64,000 nucleotides of DNA from an uncultured cyanobacterium (lineage in GTDB: Bacteria > Cyanobacteriota > Cyanobacteriia > Cyanobacteriales > Nostocaceae), in assembly GCA_963740315.1 (NCBI GenBank), contig CAVUDP010000002.1, positions 224,001-288,000 of the forward strand. Reading direction: 5' to 3'. A program made the translations under genes and the position numbers. The notes under the pieces are model-generated. The model was not told where the DNA came from, did not search any database, and saw only the letters and a program-made list of their open reading frames with translations. Positions 1 to 11,093 of this stretch are shown here, one piece after another (within the stretch, counting starts at the first letter, position 1; every line of letters begins with the position of its first letter).

Positions 1-306
1 CACGTTAAATCAAACGCGATCGTTGTAAGTTGCGATCGCACTACTTTAGGAGTCGGCGCGGGACAAATGAACCGAGTCGGAGCCGTAAAAATCGCCCTCG
101 AACAAGCTTCCGAGAAAGCGAAAGGCGGATTTCTTGCTAGCGACGGCTTTTTTCCTTTCGATGATTCAGTTAGAACAGCAGCGGGCGCGGGAATTACTGG
201 AATTATTCAACCGGGGGGAAGCCTGCGCGATCGAGATTCCATCAAAGCTGCCAACGAACTAGGCTTAACAATGGTATTTACCGGCAATAGGCATTTTTTG
301 CACTAA
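1..306 (+). CDS. purH: Bifunctional AICAR transformylase/IMP cyclohydrolase, 3' part (5'-truncated by window)
   Basis: Frame open from base 1: [48 protein letters not shown], the classic PurH C-terminus. Confidence 0.97.
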   Translation, partial: HVKSNAIVVSCDRTTLGVGAGQMNRVGAVKIALEQASEKAKGGFLASDGFFPFDDSVRTAAGAGITGIIQPGGSLRDRDSIKAANELGLTMVFTGNRHFLH

Positions 307-390
307 GATTATATCACAAGAATTACTGAATTTTTCAAAATGTAGTCTAAAATGCTTTTCATTTCATAAAACTAGTGCTAGTCTATATTT

Positions 391-464
391 GTGTGTGTGA
401 GGAGCAAAGTGAAAAGCGTTTGGGGTGGAAACACGGTCACACTCCCGAACGCTTTTTGCTTTTT
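391..464 (+). ncRNA. yfr2: Yfr2-family small RNA, copy 1
   Basis: 5' GTGTGTGAGGAG (complementary to the Yfr1 motif ACUCCUCACAC); stem AAAGCGTTTGGGGTG..GGAAACA..CACTCCCGAACGCTTT followed by a U-run; extended -10 TGcTAGTCT just upstream. Confidence 0.85.
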
Positions 465-517
465 AATTATTAGTTGTTAATTGTTAGTAGTTAGTTATGA
501 GAATTAAAAATATTGAT

Positions 518-548
518 AAACCCGGTTTTTCCAAAAAACCGGGTTTTT
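518..548. repeat. AAACCCGGTTT..AAACCGGGTTT palindromic (REP-like) repeat
   Basis: Hairpin; related copies at ~35950-36013 and ~52885-52912. Confidence 0.6.
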
Positions 549-694
549 AAATTTGCATAAAAAATCCCAAAACCCTTTGTGTACCTAAAAAGCTTCCAAT
601 CTTAACTGGTGACTGATTACTGTCAACAGGTACAATATTCAAACTGTCACCCAAGATACTTGTGCTTCCTAAAAAGTAATGCTACTGTAAGGTT

Positions 695-770
695 GTGTGT
701 GAGGAGCAAGTGATAAACATAAAGCGTTTGGGGTGGAAACACGGCAACACTCCCGAACGCTTTTTGTTTT
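695..770 (+). ncRNA. yfr2: Yfr2-family small RNA, copy 2
   Basis: Same GTGTGTGAGGAG 5' motif and GGAAACA-containing stem-loop plus U-run; extended -10 TGcTACTGT at ~680-688. Confidence 0.85.
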
Positions 771-866
771 CCCAATAACCAGTTAACAGCTATAACTTAT
801 TGAATTAATAACTCATAACTCCTAACTCATAACTTTTAACTCTTAACTCCCCATCCCCCTATCTCT

Positions 867-1205
867 TCAATCTTCATCCAAAGCGGGGAAAGATTCCTCA
901 ATCAGCCATAATCTATCTTTGTTTTCGACAAACCAGATCCGAGTTTCGGGAGTTAACTTTTTCCAAATATGCTCTACAGGTGCGTGTGGAGATGAGTATT
1001 GAAACTCCTCACCGAGTAGTTGCAGATTCTCGGCAATATTATCGGGAATACCAAAGTCTTTCCAATCAATTTTTGGCTCAACTCCAGTAACTCCTTTACC
1101 GGGATCGTAAACTAATTGTGCGGCTCTAACCAAGTCAGCAAAGTGTACTGGCTTTAACTTGTAAAGTTCGTCAATTGAGAATCCGTTATTATTCTGAGAC
1201 ATCAT
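867..1205 (-). CDS. Hypothetical protein
   Basis: 112-aa ORF with protein-like composition; no motif recognised. Confidence 0.7.
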   Translation of the reverse strand: MMSQNNNGFSIDELYKLKPVHFADLVRAAQLVYDPGKGVTGVEPKIDWKDFGIPDNIAENLQLLGEEFQYSSPHAPVEHIWKKLTPETRIWFVENKDRLWLIEESFPALDED

Positions 1206-1387
1206 GACTCTTAGCAGTGAATATTTACCGTTTTAAAGGACTTACTGCCAGAGATTTTCCCTTATCTAATATTTATATTTTAGCCCAGAACAGCAATATT
1301 TAATCAACTGATAGAATAAGCATAATTTTTGGGAATTCTATATTTATACCTTGTATATATTGCTGGCTGCTTCTGGGTGCTGAATTT

Positions 1388-1645
1388 ATGCCATTTGGAT
1401 TAATAATTATCATAATTGCGATTATCTTAACGTTATTAATAAACAGAAACCGTCGTCGTGGCGTTGGTGGTTATCGTGCTTATCAATCCGATAAAGGATG
1501 TAAAGCACTACGACGGAAATTATTAAATTTAGTACATCGGGATACAGCAGAAAGACTAATCAATTCTGCGAAACGTCAGCATCCTGGAAAATCAGAACGT
1601 TGGTATTTAGAAAAAGTAATCTACGATTTGCAGCGCGGACGTTAA
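1388..1645 (+). CDS. Small membrane-anchored hypothetical protein
   Basis: N-terminal hydrophobic helix, basic stretch, C-terminal AERLI..K..PG.SE.WYLEKVIYDL motif seen in cyanobacterial hypotheticals. Confidence 0.75.
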   Translation: MPFGLIIIIIAIILTLLINRNRRRGVGGYRAYQSDKGCKALRRKLLNLVHRDTAERLINSAKRQHPGKSERWYLEKVIYDLQRGR

Positions 1646-2031
1646 GGGCGTAATTGGGCTATTATCGTTTTAGGATTCCAGTAAGCGCGAATAGTTTGAA
1701 TTTTACCAGCATCGTTTATCTCGAATACCGTAATACCTTCACAAGTAACAGCCTTCTGAGTTTTACTAACTCCTCGCATCGTCCATTTGACAGCAGCTTC
1801 ATTCCCTGCGATAAAAATACTTTCTTTGGTTGCTTCTAGTTTTGCAAATACGGCTTTCATTTGTCCGATAAATTCTTGAAAACCTTCATGAACTAAAGTC
1901 GGTGGCTCTCCAACTGGATCGTAACTTAAAGCATCTTCAGCAAAATTATCTACCCAGCCTTCAGCATTCATCGCTGAAATATTTGCTAAATAAGAGTTAA
2001 CAATGCTTTCAATTTGTTCTGGTGACATCAC
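1642..2031 (-). CDS. SnoaL/NTF2-like (ketosteroid isomerase-like) protein
   Basis: FAEDA..DPVG..GITVFEINDAGKIQTIRAYW. Confidence 0.88.
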   Translation of the reverse strand: MMSPEQIESIVNSYLANISAMNAEGWVDNFAEDALSYDPVGEPPTLVHEGFQEFIGQMKAVFAKLEATKESIFIAGNEAAVKWTMRGVSKTQKAVTCEGITVFEINDAGKIQTIRAYWNPKTIIAQLRP

Positions 2032-2179
2032 TTAATTTTAGATTTTGGATTTTAGATTTTAGATTGGAGGAGTTAGGAGTTAGGAATTAGGAGTTGTAAA
2101 TTTTCTAGCCGCATTTTTATTCTCAACAAATAATTACATAAATCATACCGGATTCCGATAGATTTGTTTTTACAGATAA

Positions 2180-2905
2180 TTAAGAGCGAGTTAGTTCTGC
2201 TAGAGTAAAACCTGTAAAACCAGATGCATCATAGTTACGAATACCCGATCGCAGTAAATTAGGGTTAATCAGCCAATCTACCGCAGCCGAAAACATTTCA
2301 GCTTCGACTTGATGGGGACAGCTAACACAAACACCTTCGGTAAAATACAATTTTAAATAATCATCATTTGCTTGTAACTGTTGATAAGTAGTCTTGACTG
2401 GGGAAGATACTATCCACGACGGATTGATTGTTTTAGCGATTCCTTCCCATCTGCCGCTAAAATCCTGCTGTGACATATTAGATTCTTCTAAAGAACCTTC
2501 TAAAACTTCCGAAATCACAGTAATTTCTTGTAAATTACCGCTTTCATTGTAAATTAATACCGTACTCAAGCGTTTATCTTCATACCTGAAACCCGTTTCA
2601 AAACCAAAACGCGATGATTCTAAAACGAGTATTGAACCCCAAGAAAAGCTATTATCTAAAAATAAAGCTTTGGTATCTGGTTTTTTGTAAGGAGCAAAAG
2701 TCTTAGTTTCTTTTTTACCGTCAGCATAAATATAGTGATTTTGGTGATTGATTTCACTACCCTCTTCATTGAGGTGAAAACTTCTGATGCACTGAAAACT
2801 ATCAATGATTTTTCCATCGGGTGAATATTTCGTCCAAACTCCATACCAGTCATAATTGACATGATATTTACAGAAATTATCCCAATTTTGTAACTGTGGC
2901 TGCAT
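2180..2905 (-). CDS. DUF3598-family protein
   Basis: QNWDNF..WYGVWTKYSPDG..R.YDASG, the cyanobacterial DUF3598 pattern. Confidence 0.75.
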   Translation of the reverse strand: MQPQLQNWDNFCKYHVNYDWYGVWTKYSPDGKIIDSFQCIRSFHLNEEGSEINHQNHYIYADGKKETKTFAPYKKPDTKALFLDNSFSWGSILVLESSRFGFETGFRYEDKRLSTVLIYNESGNLQEITVISEVLEGSLEESNMSQQDFSGRWEGIAKTINPSWIVSSPVKTTYQQLQANDDYLKLYFTEGVCVSCPHQVEAEMFSAAVDWLINPNLLRSGIRNYDASGFTGFTLAELTRS

Positions 2906-2925
2906 CGCTTACCCGATCGTATTAT

Positions 2926-3040
2926 GGAATTTTAGATTTTAGATTTTAGATTTTAGATTTTAGATTGTATTTAACGCTATTACCAATTACCTATTACCTA
3001 TTACCTATTACCTATTACCAATTACCAATTACCAATTACC
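2926..3040. repeat. STRR heptamer arrays (GATTTTA)n and (TTACCAA/TTACCTA)n
   Basis: Direct tandem 7-mers; similar arrays at ~809-846, 2036-2093, 14458-14547, 20424-20472, 32287-32380 and 41220-41340. Confidence 0.9.
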
Positions 3041-3041
3041 T

Positions 3042-3407
3042 TTAATCCTTATCAATAAAAACAGTTACCGCAGCTACAGCAATCAACATTTCGTCATTTT
3101 TATCCTGTAAAACTTCAATCGCTCGTCCTTCAACCATCATTCCTCCAGATTTGACGGTAAGACTTTTACGTCCAAAAGGCAACACGGCTAAAACCTCTTC
3201 CTCGCGTACCTGTTCCGGATATGGTACAGCAATCTGCACTTCTACAATCATCTGATTCGGATCGCTCAAACCAGCAACTTCAAACACTCCGATTAAAGCA
3301 TTATTAGCGATCGCATTTCTCACGGCTCTGGCTGCTGCAACAGTTGGCTCTTGTCCGTGCTGGTCTATACCCATTCCCATTTCAATGATAAATCTTTTAC
3401 GTGCCAT
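3042..3407 (-). CDS. Lin0512-family conserved protein
   Basis: RFIIEMGMGIDQHGQEPTVAAARAVRNAI..LPFG..GGM; start taken at MARKR. Confidence 0.85.
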   Translation of the reverse strand: MARKRFIIEMGMGIDQHGQEPTVAAARAVRNAIANNALIGVFEVAGLSDPNQMIVEVQIAVPYPEQVREEEVLAVLPFGRKSLTVKSGGMMVEGRAIEVLQDKNDEMLIAVAAVTVFIDKD

Positions 3408-4035
3408 AACCATCCCCGATCGTTTTAATCCCATTTGTACTGTAGCGGTTTAAGTACCTCACGGGAAACTGTAGAGAAGTTTTAACAATAGCTAAGTAAT
3501 TGACACAGAATATTTTATACTGCCTACTCCCCATCAAAAGTAAAAGTAATGGGAAGAATTTCTACTTTTACCGTTTGCCTTCAGCGTTTTTGCATTGGAT
3601 ATGGGTAAATAAAGATACCATATATTTTCAAAAACCATCAACGGTTAAAAATTGCTCATAACCTGAAAATTTGTGCTTGTTTGCACGCGATCGCCATCAT
3701 TTAAATTCTTTCCCCAAATATCTCGCAATATCATCATAATTCAAAGCACATCGATTCCGAATTATTACTGATAAATCAATCGCGGTATTTTCCCAAAGTC
3801 AGATAGCTTCATCAAAACAATTTTGATACCACTTATTATGCCCGTCGGATCGGTGCAACTAACTACTGAAAACAATAAAAATGGCTAGATAATACAGATA
3901 TAAATAATTAATTAAAGCTTATAAACCGCATTTAAAAGTATTCTGTGTCGAAACTTTTTCGTTTTTTATTTCAAAAAAAATAACTGTATATTGAAAAAGC
4001 TCAAATATAGAAGTCAATGATAATATACTGCCATT

Positions 4036-5052
4036 ATGAATATCAATCGCCGAAAATTTCTCACAACATTGGGAATAGCCGCTATCTCTACCCAAATACC
4101 ATCATTTGTTGTTCAAGCTAAAACATCCCCGAATATCATCAAGCCCCCACGTCTGAAAGTAGGGGATACAGTAGGATTAATTAGCCCTGCTGGGATAGTT
4201 GATTCCGAAGACGTTGAGCAAGCACGGCGAACATTTAGCGCACTGGGTTTAAAAGTTAAGCTGGGCAGACATATTTTAGACAGTTACGGTTACTTAGCAG
4301 GAAACGATCGCGATCGCGCCCTTGATGTTAACGCTATGTTTGCCGATAAATCTGTTAACGCGATAATTGCTATGCGTGGTGGATGGGGTGTAAATCGGAT
4401 TTTACCATTACTTAACTATAATTCTATTGGCGCTAATCCTAAAATTATTATGGGATACAGCGATATTACATCTTTATTATTAGCAATTACTGCCCGTACT
4501 GGACTTGTAACTTTTCACGGTCCAGTAGCTACTTCTACTTGGAATAATTTTACTTTGAAATATGTAACAAGTATATTATTTGATGCCCAAGCTGTGACAA
4601 TGAATAATAATTTAGTTACTCAACTTCGCCGCGAAATAATTACACCGGGGAAAGCAAAAGGTAAATTTATCGGCGGTAATTTGTCGGTGATAACTTCAAT
4701 GTTGGGTTCATCTTATCTACCTACATGGAAAGGTAGTATTTTATTTATAGAAGATATCGGTGAAGATATTTACCGTATAGATAGAATGTTAGTTCAATTA
4801 AAAAATGCCGGAATATTGAATCAATTATCCGGTTTCGTGTTTGGACAATGCACTAATTGCAAAGTAGGAGACGAACCTTCATTTACTTTAATGCAGGTAT
4901 TACAACAACATATTCGTCCTTTAAATATTCCTGCGTGGTATGGTTCTGCGATCGGTCATATTAGAGATAAATTTACAGTTCCCATCGGTATAGAAGTAGA
5001 AATTGATGCGAATACTGGGATAATAAAAATGTTAGAAGCGGCTGTTCGTTAA
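4036..5052 (+). CDS. LD-carboxypeptidase (peptidase S66) with Tat signal
   Basis: NRRKFL twin-arginine signal; RGGWG, GYSDIT (catalytic Ser), GGNL, EDIGE, IGH motifs. Confidence 0.92.
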   Translation: MNINRRKFLTTLGIAAISTQIPSFVVQAKTSPNIIKPPRLKVGDTVGLISPAGIVDSEDVEQARRTFSALGLKVKLGRHILDSYGYLAGNDRDRALDVNAMFADKSVNAIIAMRGGWGVNRILPLLNYNSIGANPKIIMGYSDITSLLLAITARTGLVTFHGPVATSTWNNFTLKYVTSILFDAQAVTMNNNLVTQLRREIITPGKAKGKFIGGNLSVITSMLGSSYLPTWKGSILFIEDIGEDIYRIDRMLVQLKNAGILNQLSGFVFGQCTNCKVGDEPSFTLMQVLQQHIRPLNIPAWYGSAIGHIRDKFTVPIGIEVEIDANTGIIKMLEAAVR

Positions 5053-5070
5053 TTATAGCTAAATACGTTT

Positions 5071-5901
5071 ATGAAATATTTTAAATATCACGCGATCGGC
5101 AATGATTATATAGTTATTAATCCAAAAGATACTTCTACAAATTTAACTTCCGAACAAATCAAAAAAATTTGTCATAGAAATTTCGGTATAGGCTCCGACG
5201 GTATACTTTTCGGACCTTTAAAATCTGAGAAAGGGCAATTTTTACTGCGAATTTTCAATCCAGATGGTAGCGAAGCAGAGAAAAGCGGAAACGGATTAAG
5301 AATTTTCTCGCGTTACTTGTGGGATATGCAATTAGTTAAAGAAGAACAATTTACTATTGAAACATTAGGGGGTTTAGTGCGATCGGTAATTTTAGATAAC
5401 GGTGAAATTCGCGTAGAAATGGGAAAAGTCAGCTTTTGGAGCGATAAAATACCAGTTACAGGAGAACGTAGAGAAGTAATTTCCGAAAATATTACAGTTG
5501 AAGATAAAACCTTTAACTTCTGTGCTGCGACTATTGGAAATCCTCATTGTGTAATTACTTTACCCTCAATTACACCAGAGTTAGCAAAACAATATGGTTA
5601 TTTAATCGAAACCCATAAATTTTTTCCAAACCGTACCAACGTACAATTCATGAAAGTACGCGATCGAGAAAACATTCAATTAGAAATTTGGGAAAGAGGT
5701 GCGGGTTACACATTAGCATCGGGAAGCAGTAGCAGTGCAGCAGCAGCGATCGCACATCGTCTTGATTTATGCGATTCCTCAATTACCGTGCATATGCCTG
5801 GTGGAAATATTTTAATCGAAATTAGTGAAGATTTTTCGATTCAGATGACAGGTTCGGTAACAAAAGTAGCCGAAGGAATAATATCTCAAGAAATATTTTA
5901 A
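5071..5901 (+). CDS. dapF: DapF-fold epimerase/racemase (Ser/Ser variant)
   Basis: GNDY, RNFGIGSDG, FNPDGSEAEKSGNG, GNPH, FPNRTNVQF, ERGAGYTLASGS; both catalytic Cys positions are Ser. Confidence 0.8.
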   Translation: MKYFKYHAIGNDYIVINPKDTSTNLTSEQIKKICHRNFGIGSDGILFGPLKSEKGQFLLRIFNPDGSEAEKSGNGLRIFSRYLWDMQLVKEEQFTIETLGGLVRSVILDNGEIRVEMGKVSFWSDKIPVTGERREVISENITVEDKTFNFCAATIGNPHCVITLPSITPELAKQYGYLIETHKFFPNRTNVQFMKVRDRENIQLEIWERGAGYTLASGSSSSAAAAIAHRLDLCDSSITVHMPGGNILIEISEDFSIQMTGSVTKVAEGIISQEIF

Positions 5902-6036
5902 TATATAGTAATATAATTTGACCGAATTGTCGATATCAATCACAATATACGGAGACGTAGCACTGCTACGTCTCTACATAATTTCTTCTCTCTGCGCCCT
6001 CTGCGCCCTCTGCGGTTTTTTCAACCAATTATCTAA

Positions 6037-6915
6037 TCATCTTCCAAAATCAATCGTAGTCTGCCGATAAACATTAGGCATCCCAATATCAAAAGTCTTG
6101 CCATCAACAACTAAACCCGTCATCCCTTCAGCTTCTCGCAATTTTTCCAAACAAGATGTTAATTGAAATTCTCCTCTTTCCCGAAAATCTGTATTAATAT
6201 GTTCCGCCAAAAAATCAAAAATCTTCGGAGTTAAAGCATACAAACCAAATATACATAAAAACTCATCTTCCGCCATTCCTTCCACCCGTAAATTTTGCCG
6301 CGCATACTCAACAGTGGGTTTTTCATAAACCTGCGTTACTTGCATTTGAGAATTTTCTTGCCAAACTCCCATTACACATCCAGCTTTGTGAATCATTTCC
6401 GCTGGTAAAGTATTCAATCCAATAACACTACGATTAACTTGTTCGTAAACCTGCAAAACTTGACGCGCACAAGATTGTTCGGCATCCGATGAGTAAATAT
6501 GATCCCCTAACATCAATAAAAAAGATTCATTACCTACCCATTCCTTGGCACAAAAAACCGCGTGTCCGTAACCAACTTGTTCATCTTGTGTCAAAATCGT
6601 AATTTTACTACCCAATTCCTGAAGATAATCACAATATTCGCGATCGCGCCGTGAAAGCTTGTTAAAAAGCTTAGCTGAGGGCAGGTTTTTAAAATAACTT
6701 TCAAAAACCTCTTTATCATCTGGTTGCGTCACAATTCCAATTTCTTCTATCCCCGCACTAACAGCCTCCTCCACAATCGCCTGAATTACAGGTTTAGCCC
6801 TACCGTCTTTATCAATTACCGGAAACAGTTCCTTTTTAACAACCTTAGTAGCTGGAAACAAACGAGTACCAAAACCAGCAGCCGGAATTACAGCTTTTTT
6901 AATTCGATTCTTCAT
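6037..6915 (-). CDS. Sugar-phosphate nucleotidyltransferase (GalU/UTP-glucose-1-P uridylyltransferase-like)
   Basis: KAVIPAAGFGTRLFPATK..KE, Q..GYGHAV, LGD, EKP, EFQLT, DIG. Confidence 0.88.
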   Translation of the reverse strand: MKNRIKKAVIPAAGFGTRLFPATKVVKKELFPVIDKDGRAKPVIQAIVEEAVSAGIEEIGIVTQPDDKEVFESYFKNLPSAKLFNKLSRRDREYCDYLQELGSKITILTQDEQVGYGHAVFCAKEWVGNESFLLMLGDHIYSSDAEQSCARQVLQVYEQVNRSVIGLNTLPAEMIHKAGCVMGVWQENSQMQVTQVYEKPTVEYARQNLRVEGMAEDEFLCIFGLYALTPKIFDFLAEHINTDFRERGEFQLTSCLEKLREAEGMTGLVVDGKTFDIGMPNVYRQTTIDFGR

Positions 6916-7494
6916 TTTTTCATTTTAAATTTTAGATTTGCATCGGGCACGGAAGAAAGCGGAGGAAGCCGAGGGAGCTCCGGGAGCGGAGGAAGCAATT
7001 TCAAATTCTTTAATATCCTCTGCCTCAAGAGCCTCCCCTGCTCTCCCCATCCCCCCCGAACCCCATCTCCCCCGAACCCCATCTCCCCATCCCCCCATCC
7101 CCCCATCCTAATGGCATAAGCAATACCATCTTCGTAGTGATTCTACCCTGTGAAGGCTTTGTAAACTCTTATCCCAGGTTCTCAGTGAGTGTTAAAAATG
7201 CCGAGCAGTTTTTTACTATGGCAGTTGACAAACTGTCACTCAGTCAATTCCCTGATAATGGTCTTAAAAGATATCCTATATTTGTGCAAGGAGTGATACC
7301 ACTTCACAACACGTTTGCTATAAGCTTATTCTCGCAATCCCTCACTCTAAAGGGATACTGTTGAGTTCAAATGTTGCATCAAACTAGTGAATTGGTATAA
7401 CTTTATACAATAGGGGCGCTTGGTAGGCAAAACTGTCAGGCGCTTTTCCATGTGACAAATTAATCGCAACTTCAAAAAAAAGTAACATAAATAA

Positions 7495-7520
7495 GAAACC
7501 GGGGATTTTAGCCCCGGTTG
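7495..7520 (-). terminator. Probable intrinsic terminator after leuS
   Basis: AACCGGGG-ctaaaat-CCCCGGTT hairpin followed by TCTTATTT on the minus strand. Confidence 0.55.
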
Positions 7521-7555
7521 TGTCAATTAGTAAACCTGCACAAGCAACATAGAAT

Positions 7556-10129
7556 TTAAGCGATAACGAAGTTTACCAACTTGCCAGGTACTACAATTAC
7601 TTTTTTAATGGTCTTATCTTCAATATGACGCTGAGCAACATCTGATTCGCGGGCGTACTTTTCCAATCCAGCTTTGTCCAATTGTGCTGGAACTTGTAAA
7701 TCGCCGCGTTTCTTACCATTAATTTGAATTACCAAAGTTATTTCCGAGGCAATTAGCGCTTCTGGCTCGTGTTTTAACCAGTCTGCGGTATGTACTGAAT
7801 TATCATTACCCAACAAATGCCATAATTCTTCGGTGATGTGAGGCGCGAAGGGTGCGAGCATCAAAATTAAAGTTTGAATTCCTTCTGCATAAACTGGTGA
7901 ATCTTTGCAGTTAGCGTCACTCAAGGCGTTACTTAATTTCATCAATTCGGAAATAGCAGTATTGAATTGATATTCACCGTCTACATCTTCGCCGACTTCT
8001 TTGATTGCAGTGTGAATTGCCCTTCGTAAATCTTTTTCTATTTTGGACTTGGGATTTTTTTCTTTAGATTTTTTGGACGATCGCGGATTATCTACAAATT
8101 CACTCACCAAGCGCCAAACTCGGTTAAGAAAGCGGAATTGTCCTTCAACATCAGCTTCATCCCATTCCAAATCTTTTTCGGGGGGTGCTTTGAATAGAAC
8201 AAACATCCGCGCCGTATCGACACCGTATTTAGCTATAACATCTTCCGGCGCGACACCATTACCCTTAGACTTGGACATGGTAGCGTATAGCTTTTGCAAA
8301 GATTCGCCGGTTTCAGGATCGCGAGGATCGGCAGGATTTACGCCCACAGAAGCAATCCACTTATCTTTACCATCCTTGTTGGGATTCATGTAAGTCAAAC
8401 CTTGTACCATACCTTGAGTTAACAAGTGTTGGAAGGGTTCGTCAAAATTGAGTAAACCGCGATCGCGCAATACCTTGGTAAAGAAGCGCGAATATAACAA
8501 GTGCAAAATTGCGTGTTCGATACCGCCGACATATTGATTAACCGGCATCCAATCGTTTACTTTCGCCGAATCAAACACTTGGCGATCGTTCTTGGCATCG
8601 GTAAACCGCAAGAAATACCACGAAGAATCAATAAAAGTATCCATCGTGTCAGTTTCCCGCTTGGCTGGTGTGGAGCAACTCGGACAAGGTACATTTACCC
8701 AGTCCAATTGTGCTAGCGGCGAACCACCACGCCCACTCAATTCCACATTTTGGGGTAGCTCTACGGGTAAATCTCGATCTGGTACTGGTACCGCACCACA
8801 ATTGGGACAGTGAACGATCGGAATCGGTGCCCCCCAATACCTCTGACGGGAAATCAGCCAATCACGCAAGCGATACTGTACCCGTGCTTTACCAAAACCT
8901 TGCTTTTGGGCATATTCCACAATTGCAAGTTTCGCATCAGCAGAAGGCATCCCGTTGAAAATGTCAGAATTAACGACAATTCCCGGTTCCGTATAAGCTT
9001 CTTGAGGAATTAGTACCACCTCAGCAGCATCGGCACGGGCAATAACAACCTTGATAGGTAAATCCTTTTCTGAGGCAAACTTAAAATCTCGCACGTCGTG
9101 TGCGGGTACACCCATCACAGCCCCGGTACCGTATTCGTAAAGCACGTAATCGGCAATCCAAATCGGAACCTCTTCCCCAGTAAACGGATTGATTGCCTTA
9201 CCACCCGTAGGAATCCCCCGTTTGGGCTTATCTTCGGCAGTACGTTCCAATTCGGTTTGATTGCTAACTTCGTTTATAAAAGCATCTACTGGCGATCGCT
9301 GCTCGGATGTTGTTACCTGCTTAGTCAAAGGATGTTCCGGTGCTAATACTACGTAGCTTACGCCATATACAGTATCCGGTCGCGTAGTATAAACGCCTAT
9401 TTTCTCATCCATTCCCACAATCGGAAATTCCAAATAAGCTCCTGTAGACTTACCAATCCAGTTAGCCTGCATTGTTTTAACGCGATCGGGCCATCCCGAT
9501 AGCTTCTCCAAGTCGTTTAACAATTCTTCAGCATAATCAGTAATTTTGAGGAACCACTGTCGTAATAATTTACGCTCTACTATGGCACCACTGCGCCAGG
9601 AACGACCTTCATTATCAACCTGTTCGTTCGCCAATACAGTTTGGTCTATGGGGTCCCAATTAACTGCTGCTTCTTTTTGGTAAGCTAAACCCGCTTGGAA
9701 AAACTGCAAAAATATCCACTGCGTCCACTTATAGTAATCCGGCGAACAAGTAGCAACTTCGCAATCCCAATCAATAGATAAGCCGAGACGTTTTAACTGG
9801 AAGCGCATTTGATCGATATTTTGATACGTCCACTTTGAGGGGGGTACTCCTCGGTTAATAGCAGCATTTTCCGCTGGTAAGCCAAAAGCATCCCAACCCA
9901 TAGGATGGAGTACCACGAACCCTTGCATTCGCTTGAGACGGGCAATCACATCAGTAATAGTGTAATTACGGACGTGACCCATGTGCAGGCTACCCGACGG
10001 GTAAGGAAACATGGCTAGCGTGTAAAATTTTGGCTTGTTACTATCTTCAGAAGTTTTATCTAAGCCAATTTCTAACCATTTATTTTGCCACTTTTGCTCA
10101 ATATCTGCTGGGTTGTATCGGGTATCCAC
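7556..10129 (-). CDS. leuS: Leucine--tRNA ligase
   Basis: [13 protein letters not shown] (HIGH), editing domain [24 protein letters not shown] (KMSKS). Confidence 0.99.
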   Translation of the reverse strand: MDTRYNPADIEQKWQNKWLEIGLDKTSEDSNKPKFYTLAMFPYPSGSLHMGHVRNYTITDVIARLKRMQGFVVLHPMGWDAFGLPAENAAINRGVPPSKWTYQNIDQMRFQLKRLGLSIDWDCEVATCSPDYYKWTQWIFLQFFQAGLAYQKEAAVNWDPIDQTVLANEQVDNEGRSWRSGAIVERKLLRQWFLKITDYAEELLNDLEKLSGWPDRVKTMQANWIGKSTGAYLEFPIVGMDEKIGVYTTRPDTVYGVSYVVLAPEHPLTKQVTTSEQRSPVDAFINEVSNQTELERTAEDKPKRGIPTGGKAINPFTGEEVPIWIADYVLYEYGTGAVMGVPAHDVRDFKFASEKDLPIKVVIARADAAEVVLIPQEAYTEPGIVVNSDIFNGMPSADAKLAIVEYAQKQGFGKARVQYRLRDWLISRQRYWGAPIPIVHCPNCGAVPVPDRDLPVELPQNVELSGRGGSPLAQLDWVNVPCPSCSTPAKRETDTMDTFIDSSWYFLRFTDAKNDRQVFDSAKVNDWMPVNQYVGGIEHAILHLLYSRFFTKVLRDRGLLNFDEPFQHLLTQGMVQGLTYMNPNKDGKDKWIASVGVNPADPRDPETGESLQKLYATMSKSKGNGVAPEDVIAKYGVDTARMFVLFKAPPEKDLEWDEADVEGQFRFLNRVWRLVSEFVDNPRSSKKSKEKNPKSKIEKDLRRAIHTAIKEVGEDVDGEYQFNTAISELMKLSNALSDANCKDSPVYAEGIQTLILMLAPFAPHITEELWHLLGNDNSVHTADWLKHEPEALIASEITLVIQINGKKRGDLQVPAQLDKAGLEKYARESDVAQRHIEDKTIKKVIVVPGKLVNFVIA

Positions 10130-10204
10130 CTAAAATACTCCTGTGCGACTGTAATCTCTGATGAACTATTGTAGATGCTGTTGGGGATGGAGGGATGAGG
10201 GGAT

Positions 10205-10263
10205 GGTAAGCCATTGCGTTGCGGAGGTTCCCTCCGTTGTAGCAAATGGCGCAACCCGAAGGG
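10205..10263. repeat. Small dispersed repeat (SDR-like), simplest form, embedded in a GGGGAGAT array
   Basis: GGTAAGCCATTGCGTTGCGGAGGTTCCCTCCGTTGTAGCAAATGGCGCAACCCGAAG; related copies at 14311 and 21793. Confidence 0.75.
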
Positions 10264-10527
10264 GGAGATGGGGAGACAAGGGAGAGGGGGAGAGGGGGTA
10301 GAGTGGGTAGAGGGGGGAGAGGGGGAGACAAGGGGACAAGGAGACAAGGAGAATTTTAATCTTTAACCTTTTACTTTTGACCCTTGACCAAACAATTGTC
10401 AATTCGCAATTCGCAATGAGCCTGCGGCTCATTGCGAATGGGAACAGGCGAATTGTTTTGACCTTTATTAGGAATTCCCCATGCCCGATGCCCGATGCCC
10501 GATGCCCCATTCCCAATGCCCAACAAT

Positions 10528-10968
10528 ATGAGTAAACAAAAAAATTCTGGCTTGATACGTGTGTTTGTCTACGGTACACTCAAACCAGGTGAAGCTAACT
10601 ATGAATCCTACTGTGCTTTGATGGTGGTAAACGTAACGTCCGCTTGTGTTCGCGGTGAACTATATGCGCTTCCCCAAGGATACCCAGCAATGACTGTAGG
10701 AAATAATTTAGTTTACGGATATTTACTATCGTTTGCTACTGACGAAGTTTTAAGTCGTCTTGATGAACTTGAAGGCTACGATCCTCAAAGACTTAATTCC
10801 GAAAATCTCTACGATCGCAAACAAGTTGAAGTATTCGATCGAGAAAATAATTCTCTTGGTTTAGCTTGGGCTTATTTAATGAGTTTTGCTAAAGTCCACC
10901 AATTAAAAGGCACTCCGCAAACTGGTGGTTTGTGGAGTGGAAAAGAGATAAATAGTTCGGAGTTATGA
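10528..10968 (+). CDS. Gamma-glutamylcyclotransferase (AIG2-like)
   Basis: VFVYGTLKPG, GYPAM, LDELEGY, AWAY; start moved past the upstream STRR to MSKQ. Confidence 0.9.
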   Translation: MSKQKNSGLIRVFVYGTLKPGEANYESYCALMVVNVTSACVRGELYALPQGYPAMTVGNNLVYGYLLSFATDEVLSRLDELEGYDPQRLNSENLYDRKQVEVFDRENNSLGLAWAYLMSFAKVHQLKGTPQTGGLWSGKEINSSEL

Positions 10969-11093
10969 GGACGGAAGTTATGAATATAATTTGAAATTCA
11001 AAACCAATCGAATATTAATTTATTTTTTAGAAGCCCTTTAACTTTAATTCTTAGTTCTTAACTTCCATCCCGATAACTCACAATATAGATAGT

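Noticed and set aside
3560..3870. Minus-strand protein-like fragment (HNKWYQNCFDEAI*LWENTAID..)
   Set aside because: Interrupted by stops and no family recognised; cannot be supported without a search
6724..7364. ORFs 6724-7119, 6912-7106 and 7137-7364
   Set aside because: Translations of STRR arrays, antisense overlap, or motif-less intergenic sequence
8043..9346. Several short ORFs overlapping leuS
   Set aside because: Antisense or off-frame shadows of a conserved gene
10072..10579. Pro/Ser-rich ORFs upstream of leuS
   Set aside because: Produced by G-rich STRR and SDR repeats
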